Part shown: piece by piece, positions 22,143 to 32,047 of the stretch
Position numbering within the stretch: the stretch's first letter is position 1
Layout of the letters: each line of letters begins with the position of its first letter
Assembly (NCBI GenBank): GCA_963757225.1
Contig: CAVWQU010000017.1
Coordinates: forward strand, 8,866-72,865
Source of the DNA: an uncultured Actinomycetota bacterium
Lineage (GTDB): Bacteria > Actinomycetota > Actinomycetes > Actinomycetales > Dermatophilaceae
Length of the DNA: 64,000 nucleotides
Direction: 5' to 3'
Made by a program: the position numbers and the translations under genes
Notes under the pieces: generated by a model
What the model saw: the letters and a program-made list of their open reading frames with translations, nothing else
What the model was told of the DNA's origin: nothing
The model's database searches: none

Positions 22143-22826
22143 GTGAGGGCGAGCGGCCTCGAACTCCTCACCGTGGGTGACCTGGTCTACCGCGGGGTGA
22201 TCGCGGTCTCGCGTGCCGCGTTCCGCGGTCTCGGCGTGCGCATCGAGCTGCGGGGGGAGGAGCACCTGCCCGCCACGGGCGGCGCCGTCCTGGCCAGCAA
22301 CCACGTCAGCTTCCTGGACTTCCTGTTCGTCGGCCTCGTCGGGGTGCAGCAGGGCCGTCTGGTGCGGTTCCTGGCGAAGGAGAGCCTCTTCCGACCGCCC
22401 GTCCTCGGCTGGTCGATGGGCCGGATGCGGCACATCAGCGTCGACCGCGCCCACGGCACGGCCGCTCTCCGCGAGGCGGTCCGGGTCGCCGCGTCCGGCG
22501 AGGTGGTCGGCATCTTCCCGGAGGGCACGTTCTCCCGGAACGGGGCCCTCCTCCCGTTCCGGCCCGGAGCCGCCGCCGTCGCGGTCTGGGACCAGGTGCC
22601 GCTCCTCCCGGTCGTGGTCTGGGGCGGCCAGGACGTCCTGTCCGTGCGCCCCTGGCGGTTCCGGCTGCGCCGGGGCGTGACCGTGACGGTCGTCGTCGGC
22701 GAGCCGCTGCGCCCCGGGCCGCACGCCGACCCCCATACCGTCACCCACGTGCTTCGGGCCCGGGTCGGCGACCTCCTGAGCGGCACGCCGCAGACCCTGG
22801 ATCGGGAGCCTTCGCCGGCCAGATGA
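22143..22826 (+). CDS. Lysophospholipid acyltransferase (PlsC family)
   Basis: NHVSFLD, FLAKESLF, FPEGT. Start uncertain (22143 or 22173). Confidence 0.85.
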   Translation: MRASGLELLTVGDLVYRGVIAVSRAAFRGLGVRIELRGEEHLPATGGAVLASNHVSFLDFLFVGLVGVQQGRLVRFLAKESLFRPPVLGWSMGRMRHISVDRAHGTAALREAVRVAASGEVVGIFPEGTFSRNGALLPFRPGAAAVAVWDQVPLLPVVVWGGQDVLSVRPWRFRLRRGVTVTVVVGEPLRPGPHADPHTVTHVLRARVGDLLSGTPQTLDREPSPAR

Positions 22827-22839
22827 ACACTGGTTGAAC
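22824..22839 (-). promoter_or_regulatory. Candidate PHO box (PhoP direct repeats) upstream of pit
   Basis: TGAAC at 22824 and 22835, i.e. GTTCA repeats with an 11-nt period on the minus strand. Confidence 0.5.
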
Positions 22840-22891
22840 TCCGCCGCCGAACGCTGTCTGCGCGTGGTGCGCGGGCCCCAGACTCGGCCTC

Positions 22892-24106
22892 ATGACCACA
22901 GCAACGCTGGTGCTCGTCCTGGTGGTGGTGGTGGCTCTCGCGTTCGACTTCACGAACGGCTTCCACGACACGGGCAACGCGATGGCCACGTCCATCGCGA
23001 CGGGCGCCCTTCGCCCCAAGATCGCGGTCGGCCTCGCGGCGATCCTCAACCTCGTGGGCGCGTTCCTGTCCGTCGAGGTCGCCCTGACGGTCACCAACGC
23101 CGTCATCAACATCCAGGACGGCAAGGGCGCCCCCCAGGCCGCCCTCCTCGCCGACGGCGGCTACGCGCTGCTCCTCATCATCCTGGCCGGCCTCGTCGGC
23201 GGGATCGTCTGGAATGTCCTGACGTGGCTGCTCGGCCTGCCGTCGTCGTCCTCGCACGCCCTGTTCGGCGGGCTCATCGGCTCGGCCATCGCGGCGCTCG
23301 GAATGAGCGGTGTGAAGTGGACCGGTGACGGCACCAAGCTGGACGGGGTCATCGGCAAGGTGATCCTGCCCGCGGTGGCCTCGCCGGTCATCGCCGGCGT
23401 CGTGGCGGCGCTCGGGACCTGGCTGATCTTCCGGGTCGTGGGCCACATCGCCAAGGAGTTCGCCGACCAGGGCTTCCGCTGGGGCCAGATCGGCAGCGCG
23501 TCGCTCGTCTCGCTGGCCCACGGCACCAACGACGCCCAGAAGACGATGGGCGTCATCACCCTCGCGTTGATCGCCGCCGGTCAGTGGACCGACACCACAG
23601 CGGTGCCGCTCTGGGTCAAGTTCACCTGCGCGGTCGCCATCGCCGCCGGCACCTACGCCGGTGGGTGGCGGGTGATCCGCACGCTCGGTAAGGGCCTGAT
23701 CGACATCTCCCCACCACAGGGGATGGCGGCGGAGGCCGCGTCCGCCGCCGTGATCCTGTCCTCGAGCCACCTCGGCTTCGCGCTGTCGACCACCCAGGTG
23801 GCGACCGGCTCGATCCTCGGCTCGGGGGTCGGCAAACCCGGCGCCCCCGTCCGGTGGGGCATCGCCGGCCGGATGGCGGTCGCCTGGCTCATCACGCTGC
23901 CCGCCGCCGGTCTGGTCGGTGCCGTCATGTGGTATGTCGGCAACGCGCTCGGTGGAGCGCTCGGACCGGTCGTCGTCGTCCTCATCCTTATCGCGCTGAC
24001 CGGGTACATGTGGATGCGCTCGCGGCGTCAGCCGATTACCGCCGCCAACGTCAACGACGAGTGGGAAGCGATGCCCGAGACCAGGAAGCTGGAGCGTGTC
24101 TCATGA
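22892..24106 (+). CDS. pitA: Inorganic phosphate transporter (PiT family)
   Basis: FTNGFHDTGNA, PSSSSHAL, AHGTNDAQKTMG. Confidence 0.93.
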   Translation: MTTATLVLVLVVVVALAFDFTNGFHDTGNAMATSIATGALRPKIAVGLAAILNLVGAFLSVEVALTVTNAVINIQDGKGAPQAALLADGGYALLLIILAGLVGGIVWNVLTWLLGLPSSSSHALFGGLIGSAIAALGMSGVKWTGDGTKLDGVIGKVILPAVASPVIAGVVAALGTWLIFRVVGHIAKEFADQGFRWGQIGSASLVSLAHGTNDAQKTMGVITLALIAAGQWTDTTAVPLWVKFTCAVAIAAGTYAGGWRVIRTLGKGLIDISPPQGMAAEAASAAVILSSSHLGFALSTTQVATGSILGSGVGKPGAPVRWGIAGRMAVAWLITLPAAGLVGAVMWYVGNALGGALGPVVVVLILIALTGYMWMRSRRQPITAANVNDEWEAMPETRKLERVS

Positions 24107-24399
24107 ACAACCTCGCCCTGGCCGCGGACGGCGCCTGGAAGGTGCTCGTCGCCAGCCTCATCCTCGGCGCCGGCCTGCCGTTCGTCTTCGCCTTGGGTGT
24201 GCGCGCCCGGGCCGCCGCGGCCGGTGCTCGGGCCGACGGCGAGCAGGCGGAGCGGCGCCCGTTCGGCAACGTGCTGTTCGTGCTCTGCCTGCTCGTCGTC
24301 CTCTTCGGTGTCGCCCTCGGGATCACCATCGTGGTGGCCTCGGGCTTCGGCAAGTCCGTGTCGTTCCAGCACATCTACCCGACCATCGTCGGCAAGTGA
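24103..24399 (+). CDS. Small membrane protein coupled to pit
   Basis: ATGA overlap; LILGAGLP motif; two TMs. Confidence 0.75.
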   Translation: MNNLALAADGAWKVLVASLILGAGLPFVFALGVRARAAAAGARADGEQAERRPFGNVLFVLCLLVVLFGVALGITIVVASGFGKSVSFQHIYPTIVGK

Positions 24400-24409
24400 G
24401 GACGGTTCC

Positions 24410-24709
24410 GTGGCTCTGAACGCGCGCCTTCGTGGCGTCATGGACTGGCTGCTCGAGGGCTACCCCGCGGGCGTGCCCCCGAAGGACTACATCCCGCTCG
24501 TGGCGCTGCTCCGTCGCCGGCTGAGCGACGACGAGATCCGGGAGATCGCCGACGAGATCGTCGCCCTGGGCTTCGCGCCGGGCGAGACCACCAGCGACAT
24601 CGGGGTCTCCATCACCCAGCTCACCGACGCGCTGCCCAGCCCGGAGGACGTCACTCGGGTCGAGGAGCACCTCAACCGCTACCACGACTGGCCGCTCGAA
24701 GCCTCCTGA
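24410..24709 (+). CDS. DUF3349 family protein
   Basis: WLLEGYPAGVPPKDYIPLVALLRRRLS. Confidence 0.85.
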   Translation: MALNARLRGVMDWLLEGYPAGVPPKDYIPLVALLRRRLSDDEIREIADEIVALGFAPGETTSDIGVSITQLTDALPSPEDVTRVEEHLNRYHDWPLEAS

Positions 24710-24724
24710 CGCGGGCGCCGACAG

Positions 24725-24765
24725 CGGTATGCCCGGTGCCCCTGCGTGGGGCACCGGGCATACCG
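24725..24765. terminator. Perfect 18-bp hairpin between convergent genes, carrying inverted GTATGC/GCATAC copies
   Basis: CGGTATGCCCGGTGCCCC tgcgt GGGGCACCGGGCATACCG. Confidence 0.8.
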
Positions 24766-24785
24766 GTCTATCGAGGGATTCTCGG

Positions 24786-26306
<1,521 letters not shown>

Positions 26307-26445
26307 GGGTGGGGGTACTCCTTCGATGGCCCGGCCACCTGCGGCCGGGCAATGGGTGCCCCCACCTTCGCGGGAAATTCTCAGGAATTACCTCCGGCCT
26401 GGGTAAAACCTGTGTCAAGAATTTCTCCACGCCACTGAACCTGGG

Positions 26446-27010
26446 TCACCAGCGGTGGGCGACGTCGATCACCAGACGGGATCCATCGCCGGGTCCGGCG
26501 ATGACGAACGCGCGGAACGGCAGCCGGGCCCGAACGCCCAGACCCACTGTCGTCTGCCCCTCGAAGCTGCCCGCGAAGGCCACCTGGCGGAACGTGGTGT
26601 ATCCCGAAACGTCGGCCATCTCGGTCGGGTTGGACGGGGTGCCGAGGCTCGGCGCGTGGACGACGACACCTGAGGCGGGCGCCGCCGCGCAGGGCCACTG
26701 GCGTGCCGATCGGGTCGTTGAGGACCGCCTCGACGTAGTCCACCCGGAATGCCGCGGAAGCCCCATGACCCAGATCGAGGACCAGCCGGTCGTAGCAGTC
26801 GTGCCGGCCGGCCCGCACTGCGGTGAGGGCCGAGGCGGACGCGACGCCTCCCGACTTCACCAGTGACCCCCAGGTGATGCCGCAGTACGGCGCCGCCGAT
26901 GCGGAGGCGGCGGTGGTCAGCCCGAGGGACCCGACCAGGGCGAGGAACGCGAGGACCACCGTGGTGTAGGCGAGCACGTGGCGGTGGGAGTGGGGCTGAC
27001 GAGGTGTCAT
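26446..27010 (-). pseudogene. Secreted AMIN-like domain protein, apparent frameshift near 26670
   Basis: Signal peptide, AAPYCGITWGS, RAGRHDCYDRLV, then FEGQTTVGLGVRARLPF...RLVIDVAHRW in another frame. Length 565 = 3n+1; strong RBS AAGGAGGA. Confidence 0.75.
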
Positions 27011-27070
27011 GGTGTCCTCCTTTCGGACACACAGATAACGCACAGCCCCCCGTTCCGGTTGACACGGCGA

Positions 27071-27099
27071 ACGCCCCGGACCCTCGAGGTCCGGGGCGT
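27071..27099 (-). terminator. Hairpin downstream of actP
   Basis: ACGCCCCGGACC ctcga GGTCCGGGGCGT, perfect 12-bp stem. Confidence 0.7.
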
Positions 27100-27121
27100 C
27101 GGCCCCATGCCGCAATGCGGA

Positions 27122-28768
27122 CTAGTGGTGCAGGACCTCCTTCTCGGCACCGGCCCCGGTGAGGGAGCGGACCTCCATCTCGACGTACTTCGCCTCGTTG
27201 TGCTCCTTCGAGGTGACCGTGCCGAGCCAGCCGAGGAAGAACCCGAGCGGGATGGAGATGAGGCCAGGGTTGGCCAGCGGGAACCAGTGGAAGTCGATGG
27301 ACGGGTCCGTGATCATCGAGGCGGCCTTGCCCGCCGTCACCTTGCCGCCCGACACGGTCGGGCTGAAGATGATGAGGACGATGGAGCTGATGAGCCCGCC
27401 GTAGATGCTCCACAGCGCACCACGGGTGTTGAACCGCTTCCAGAACAGGGAGTAGAGGATCGTCGGCAGGTTCGCGCTCGCGGCGATGGCGAACGCCAGG
27501 GCCACGAGGAACGCGATGTTCTGCCCGTTGGCGAAGATGCCGCCGATGATCGCGACGATGCCGATGACGACGGCCGCGATGCGGGCCACCCGGACCTCGG
27601 CGTCGGCTCCACCCTCGCCGCGCTTGATGACCTGGCCGTAGATGTCGTGGGCGAAGCTGGCGCTGGCCGTGATGGTCAGGCCCGCCACGACGGCGAGGAT
27701 CGTCGCGAAGGCGACGGCGGCGATGATGCCGAGCAGCACGGTGCCACCGAGCTCGTACGCCAGGAGCGGCGCCGCCGAGTTCGCTCCGCCGGGTGCGGCA
27801 CTGATGGCCGCCGGACCGACGAGGGCCGCGGCGCCGTAGCCGAGGACCAGGGTGAACAGGTAGAAGATGCCGATCAGCCAGATGGCCCACTCGACGGACT
27901 TCCGAGCCTGCTTCGACGAGGGCACCGTGTAGAAGCGCATCAGCACGTGCGGCAGCCCCGCGGTCCCGAGGACCAGGGCGAGGCCGAGCGAGATGAAGTC
28001 GATCTTGCTCGTGGTGGTCGCGCCGTACTGCAGGCCCGGGCCGAGGATGGCCTCGCCCTTGCTCGACGCCGCGACAGCGGACCCGAGCAGGGTGGACAGG
28101 CTGAAGCCGTTGAGCGCGAGCACCCAGACGGTCATGACGAACGCCCCGATGATGAGCAGCGTCGCCTTGACGATCTGCACCCAGGTGGTTCCCTTCATCC
28201 CGCCGATGAGGACGTAGCCGACCATGATGATGCCGACGACGGCGATGACCACGCTCTGGCCGACGCGAGCGTCGATCCCGAGCAGCAGCGCCACGAGGCC
28301 ACCGGCACCGGCCATCTGCGCCAGCAGGTAGAAGAAGCTGACCACCAGGGTCGAGATCGCCGCGGCCACCCGGACCGGACGCTGCCGGAGCCGGAAGGAC
28401 AGGACGTCGGCCATAGTGAACCGGCCGGTGTTGCGGAGCAGCTCGGCGACGAGGAGCAGCGCGACGAGCCAGGCGACGAGGAAGCCGATGGAGTAGAGGA
28501 ACCCGTCGTAGCCGTTGATGGCGATCGCCCCCGCGATGCCGAGGAACGAGGCGGCCGACAGGTAGTCGCCCGAGATGGCGATGCCGTTCTGGCGACCGCT
28601 GAACGCCCGGCCCCCCGCGTAGTAGTCCGCCGCCGTCCGGTTGTTGCGAGAGGCCCGGATGACGATGCCCAGCGTGATGAGGACGAAGAGCGCGAAGATC
28701 GCGATGTTGAGGCCCGGGCTGCCGACGTTGGTGGCGGCGGGCAACACGGCGGGGATGACGGCGCTCAT
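27122..28768 (-). CDS. actP: Cation/acetate (monocarboxylate) symporter, SSS family
   Basis: NGIAISGDYLSAASFLG, GGMKGTTWVQ, GTAGLPHVLMRFYT. Confidence 0.92.
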   Translation of the reverse strand: MSAVIPAVLPAATNVGSPGLNIAIFALFVLITLGIVIRASRNNRTAADYYAGGRAFSGRQNGIAISGDYLSAASFLGIAGAIAINGYDGFLYSIGFLVAWLVALLLVAELLRNTGRFTMADVLSFRLRQRPVRVAAAISTLVVSFFYLLAQMAGAGGLVALLLGIDARVGQSVVIAVVGIIMVGYVLIGGMKGTTWVQIVKATLLIIGAFVMTVWVLALNGFSLSTLLGSAVAASSKGEAILGPGLQYGATTTSKIDFISLGLALVLGTAGLPHVLMRFYTVPSSKQARKSVEWAIWLIGIFYLFTLVLGYGAAALVGPAAISAAPGGANSAAPLLAYELGGTVLLGIIAAVAFATILAVVAGLTITASASFAHDIYGQVIKRGEGGADAEVRVARIAAVVIGIVAIIGGIFANGQNIAFLVALAFAIAASANLPTILYSLFWKRFNTRGALWSIYGGLISSIVLIIFSPTVSGGKVTAGKAASMITDPSIDFHWFPLANPGLISIPLGFFLGWLGTVTSKEHNEAKYVEMEVRSLTGAGAEKEVLHH

Positions 28769-29118
28769 GCCTGGTTCCCTTCCACGCGCTCACGGAGCGC
28801 CTCGGCGGCGGGGTCGAAGTGACGGTCGGCCCAGCGCACGTAGGCGATGGTGATGGCGAACGTCGAGACGAACTGGAGCAGGCCGAAGATCAGGCCGACG
28901 TTGATCTCGCCGAACACCTTGGTCGACATGAAGCCGACCGCGAAGGACGAGAGCAGGACGTAGAGGAAGTACCACGCGAGGAACAGCGCGGTCAGCGGGA
29001 AGACGAAGCGGCGGAACTTCCGCTTCAGCTCTTGGAACTCGTCGGACTGTTGGACCTCCGCGTAGCGGGATCCGGAGTCCGATGCGGCGACCTCACGGTC
29101 GAGAGCGTCGTTGCTCAC
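28765..29118 (-). CDS. DUF485 (YjcH-like) membrane partner of ActP
   Basis: EFQELKRKFRRFVFP, INVGLIFGLLQF; ATGA overlap with actP. Confidence 0.88.
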   Translation of the reverse strand: MSNDALDREVAASDSGSRYAEVQQSDEFQELKRKFRRFVFPLTALFLAWYFLYVLLSSFAVGFMSTKVFGEINVGLIFGLLQFVSTFAITIAYVRWADRHFDPAAEALRERVEGNQA

Positions 29119-29218
29119 GGCGGACACCTCCGGTGATGGGGCAGGGCACACGGGCGCGGGGCGCCACCCGTGGCTCGGCCAGCGTCGACCCTGTGGTGTC
29201 CGGGCGGAAGACGACGCG

Positions 29219-29291
29219 CGCCGGATGGGGAGAGCGGTCGCCCAGCGGGGTTGGCGGCCGCGCCGAACGGCGTTCTGCGTGCGCCGAGCGG
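29219..29291 (-). promoter_or_regulatory. Candidate LytTR binding array: four 10-bp direct repeats
   Basis: CGCCGGATGG 29219, CGCCCAGCGG 29239, CGCCGAACGG 29261, CGCCGAGCGG 29282 (periods 20/22/21). Confidence 0.6.
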
Positions 29292-29303
29292 TCGTGGGGG
29301 CGC

Positions 29304-30863
29304 TCAGTCGGAGCGCGCCGGCGGGTCCGCGGCCCGGAGGTCCTCGGGGGCGTGCAGCCGGACCATGGTCCGCGAGGTGCCGACGGGCACCGAGCCCGGA
29401 GTCGCATACGAGACCAGGACCGCCACGAGGAACGCGGTCGGGACGGTCCACGCGGCGGGCTGGGCGAGCAGCGCCCCGAGCCAGCCGCCGCCGACCGACC
29501 CCGGCCCGCCCAGGACGGTGATCGTCGTCGCGGTGAGGGCGAGCACACCGCCGGTCACCAGGCCGGCGGTGGCGCCCGCCACCGAGAGCCGTCGCCACCA
29601 GACGCCGAGGACCAGCAGCGGGCAGAACGTCGACGCCGCCACCGCGAAGGCGAGGCCCACCGTGTCGGCGAGGCTGGTGTTGACCGCGAGCCAGCTCGCC
29701 GCATACGGGATGACGACGGCGATGACGGCCGCGATCCGGAAAGTCCGGATCCGCGGGATGTCGCCGCCCGCGCGGCGGCCGACGGTGCGGGCCAGGAAGT
29801 CCTGGTCGATGACGCCGGCGACCGAGATGGTCAGGCCGGAGGCGGTGGAGAGGAAGGCGGCGAACGCGCCGCCCGCGAGGACGGCGGAGAGGACCGTCCC
29901 GAGCATGCCCGGTGCGATGACGGCGGGCAGCAGCAGGGTCACCGAGTCGGCCCGGGCGCCGTCGGGCAGGGTCGGGAGGTAGACGCGGCCGAGCACGCCG
30001 TAGACGGGGGTGAAGAGGTAGAACAGACCGAGCAGCCCGACCACGACGAGCGTCGTGCGCCGGGCCGCGCGGCCGTCGGGGTTGGTGTAGAACCGGACCA
30101 GCACGTGCGGTAGTCCCATCGTGCCGAAGCAGAGCGCCAGGATGGTCGAATACGTTGCGTAGACCGGGTGTTCGCGCCCGCCGAACCCGCTGAGCGCCTG
30201 CGCCCAGTCCGCGCCGCCCGACGACGTGACGTTCGGGGCCGGCGCGCCGCTCTGCCACCACAGCGCGAGCAGGACGAAGGCCGGGATCGAGATCGCGGTG
30301 AGCTTGAGCCAGTACTGGATGGCCTGTACGAGGGTGATCGACCGCATGCCGCCGGCGGTCACGTTGGCGAGGACGACCACGGCGACGATGAGGCTGCCCA
30401 ACGCGGGGGGTGCGCCGGTGACGGTGCTGAGGGCGATTCCGGCGCCCTGGAACTGCGGAAGCAGGTAGAGCCATCCGATGCCGATGACCAGCAGCGACGC
30501 CAGGGCGCGCACGCGGCGCGACTCCAGGCGGGCCTCGGCGAAGTCGGGGAGGGTGTAGGCGCCGGACCGCCGCAGCGGGGCAGCGACGAGGACCAGGAGC
30601 ACGACGTAGCCGACGGTGTAGCCGACGGGGAACCAGAGCATGTCGGCGCCGAGCGCGTAGACCAGCCCGGCGATGCCGAGGAACGAGGCGGCGGAGAGGT
30701 ACTCGCCGCCGATGGCCGACGCGTTCCAGCCCGCGCTGACGCTGCGTCCGGCGACGTAGAAGTCGCTTGTCGTGCGTGACAGCCGCAGCCCCAGAGCCCC
30801 CGCGACGAGGGTGACGCCACACACGACCGCGATGGCCAGGACGCCGGCCTGGGCGATGCTCAC
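29304..30863 (-). CDS. Second ActP-like SSS symporter (regulatory-cluster paralogue)
   Basis: NASAIGGEYLSAASFLG, GGMRSIT, GTMGLPHVLVRFYT. Confidence 0.88.
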   Translation of the reverse strand: MSIAQAGVLAIAVVCGVTLVAGALGLRLSRTTSDFYVAGRSVSAGWNASAIGGEYLSAASFLGIAGLVYALGADMLWFPVGYTVGYVVLLVLVAAPLRRSGAYTLPDFAEARLESRRVRALASLLVIGIGWLYLLPQFQGAGIALSTVTGAPPALGSLIVAVVVLANVTAGGMRSITLVQAIQYWLKLTAISIPAFVLLALWWQSGAPAPNVTSSGGADWAQALSGFGGREHPVYATYSTILALCFGTMGLPHVLVRFYTNPDGRAARRTTLVVVGLLGLFYLFTPVYGVLGRVYLPTLPDGARADSVTLLLPAVIAPGMLGTVLSAVLAGGAFAAFLSTASGLTISVAGVIDQDFLARTVGRRAGGDIPRIRTFRIAAVIAVVIPYAASWLAVNTSLADTVGLAFAVAASTFCPLLVLGVWWRRLSVAGATAGLVTGGVLALTATTITVLGGPGSVGGGWLGALLAQPAAWTVPTAFLVAVLVSYATPGSVPVGTSRTMVRLHAPEDLRAADPPARSD

Positions 30864-30870
30864 CGCTGCC

Positions 30871-31263
30871 TCACTGGTGTCTCATGAGGTCGGAGAACTC
30901 GCGCTCGATCCGCTCCGACTGGTGGACGTAGATGCGAGCGGCCACGAAGACGACGGGATAGATCAGGACCCCGATCGCCAACCAGGGCAACGGGATCGGC
31001 CCGACCATGATGTCGCGCGTGGCGGGCACGAGGACGAAGAGCGTCGGCAGGCCGAGGACGACCACCGCGATGCCCAGCAGGATCGCCAGCGACAGCCGGA
31101 GCTGGGCCCGGAGCAGCGCGGACAGGTAGACCTCGCCCAGTCCGGTCTGTTCCTCGAGCTCCTGCGCCGGTGGGCGGCGCTCGCCGGGGCGACGGGCCTC
31201 GCGTCGCGGGGAGGTGATCCGCACGCGCCGCGGCGGCGGCCCGGGCGGTTGGGGGCTGCTCAT
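30871..31263 (-). CDS. DUF485-like two-TM membrane protein
   Basis: ELEEQTGLGEVYLSALLRAQL, two TMs; coupled to the response regulator gene. Confidence 0.75.
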   Translation of the reverse strand: MSSPQPPGPPPRRVRITSPRREARRPGERRPPAQELEEQTGLGEVYLSALLRAQLRLSLAILLGIAVVVLGLPTLFVLVPATRDIMVGPIPLPWLAIGVLIYPVVFVAARIYVHQSERIEREFSDLMRHQ

Positions 31264-32015
31264 CGGGCTGCGGGTCGCAGGAGGCGGTCGCGCAGGTCCC
31301 GGGTATGCCGGCGGCTCACCTGGAGCTCGACATCACCCACGCGCACCACGGCCCGTCCCGAGTCGCTCGACACCTCCGTCACGTGGGCGAGCGAGACCAG
31401 GGTCGAGCGGTGGATGCGGACGAAACCCTTGTCGCCCCAACGTTCCTCGAGAGCGTTGAGCGAGACGCGAACGAGATGCGAGCCGGTAGCCGTGTGCATC
31501 CGCGCGTAGTCGCCGTGAGCACTGGCGTAGAGAATCTGGCTGCGCAGGATGAACCGGGTGACCCCGCCCAGCTCGACGGGGATGGTCTCGTCCTCGAGCG
31601 GCGCGGACGCGGTGGTGGCCTCGGAGCGTTTCGCCACCACCCGGCGGACCGCTTCGCCGAGCCGCTCGGAGCGGATCGGCTTCATGACGTAGTCGGTCGC
31701 CTGGAGCTCGAACGCGTCGACGGCGTGCTCCTCGTAGGCGGTGACGAAGACGACCTGGGGGCGCTCGGCGAACCGAGCGAGCACCTTGGCGAGGTCCAGG
31801 CCGTCCAGCCCGGGCATCGAGATGTCGCAGAAGACGACGTCGACGGGGTGCTCCTCGAGCGCCCGCAGGGCCTCGGTGCCGGAGGACGCGGTGTGGAGCT
31901 CGCCGACCCGGTTGTCCCGCTGGAGCAGGAAGGTCAGCTCGGCCAGGGTCGGCGCCTCGTCGTCGACGACCAGCGCGCGCAGCGGCGCGTCGGCGGACGG
32001 CGACGTCACGGGCAT
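31260..32015 (-). CDS. LytTR-family response regulator
   Basis: VVDDE, FCDISMPGLDG, FVTAY, DYVMKP; FVRIHRS and VSRR in the LytTR domain. Confidence 0.92.
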   Translation of the reverse strand: MPVTSPSADAPLRALVVDDEAPTLAELTFLLQRDNRVGELHTASSGTEALRALEEHPVDVVFCDISMPGLDGLDLAKVLARFAERPQVVFVTAYEEHAVDAFELQATDYVMKPIRSERLGEAVRRVVAKRSEATTASAPLEDETIPVELGGVTRFILRSQILYASAHGDYARMHTATGSHLVRVSLNALEERWGDKGFVRIHRSTLVSLAHVTEVSSDSGRAVVRVGDVELQVSRRHTRDLRDRLLRPAAR

Positions 32016-32047
32016 ACCGCTGAGGATAGGTCGTGGGTGCGCCAGGG

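Noticed and set aside
19254-22826. 1190-aa + strand ORF and other long overlapping ORFs (53942-56524, 57414-59681, 26978-28822)
   Set aside because: Shadow ORFs antisense to real genes in high-GC DNA. Only the last ~227 aa of the 1190-aa ORF (the acyltransferase) is a credible protein.
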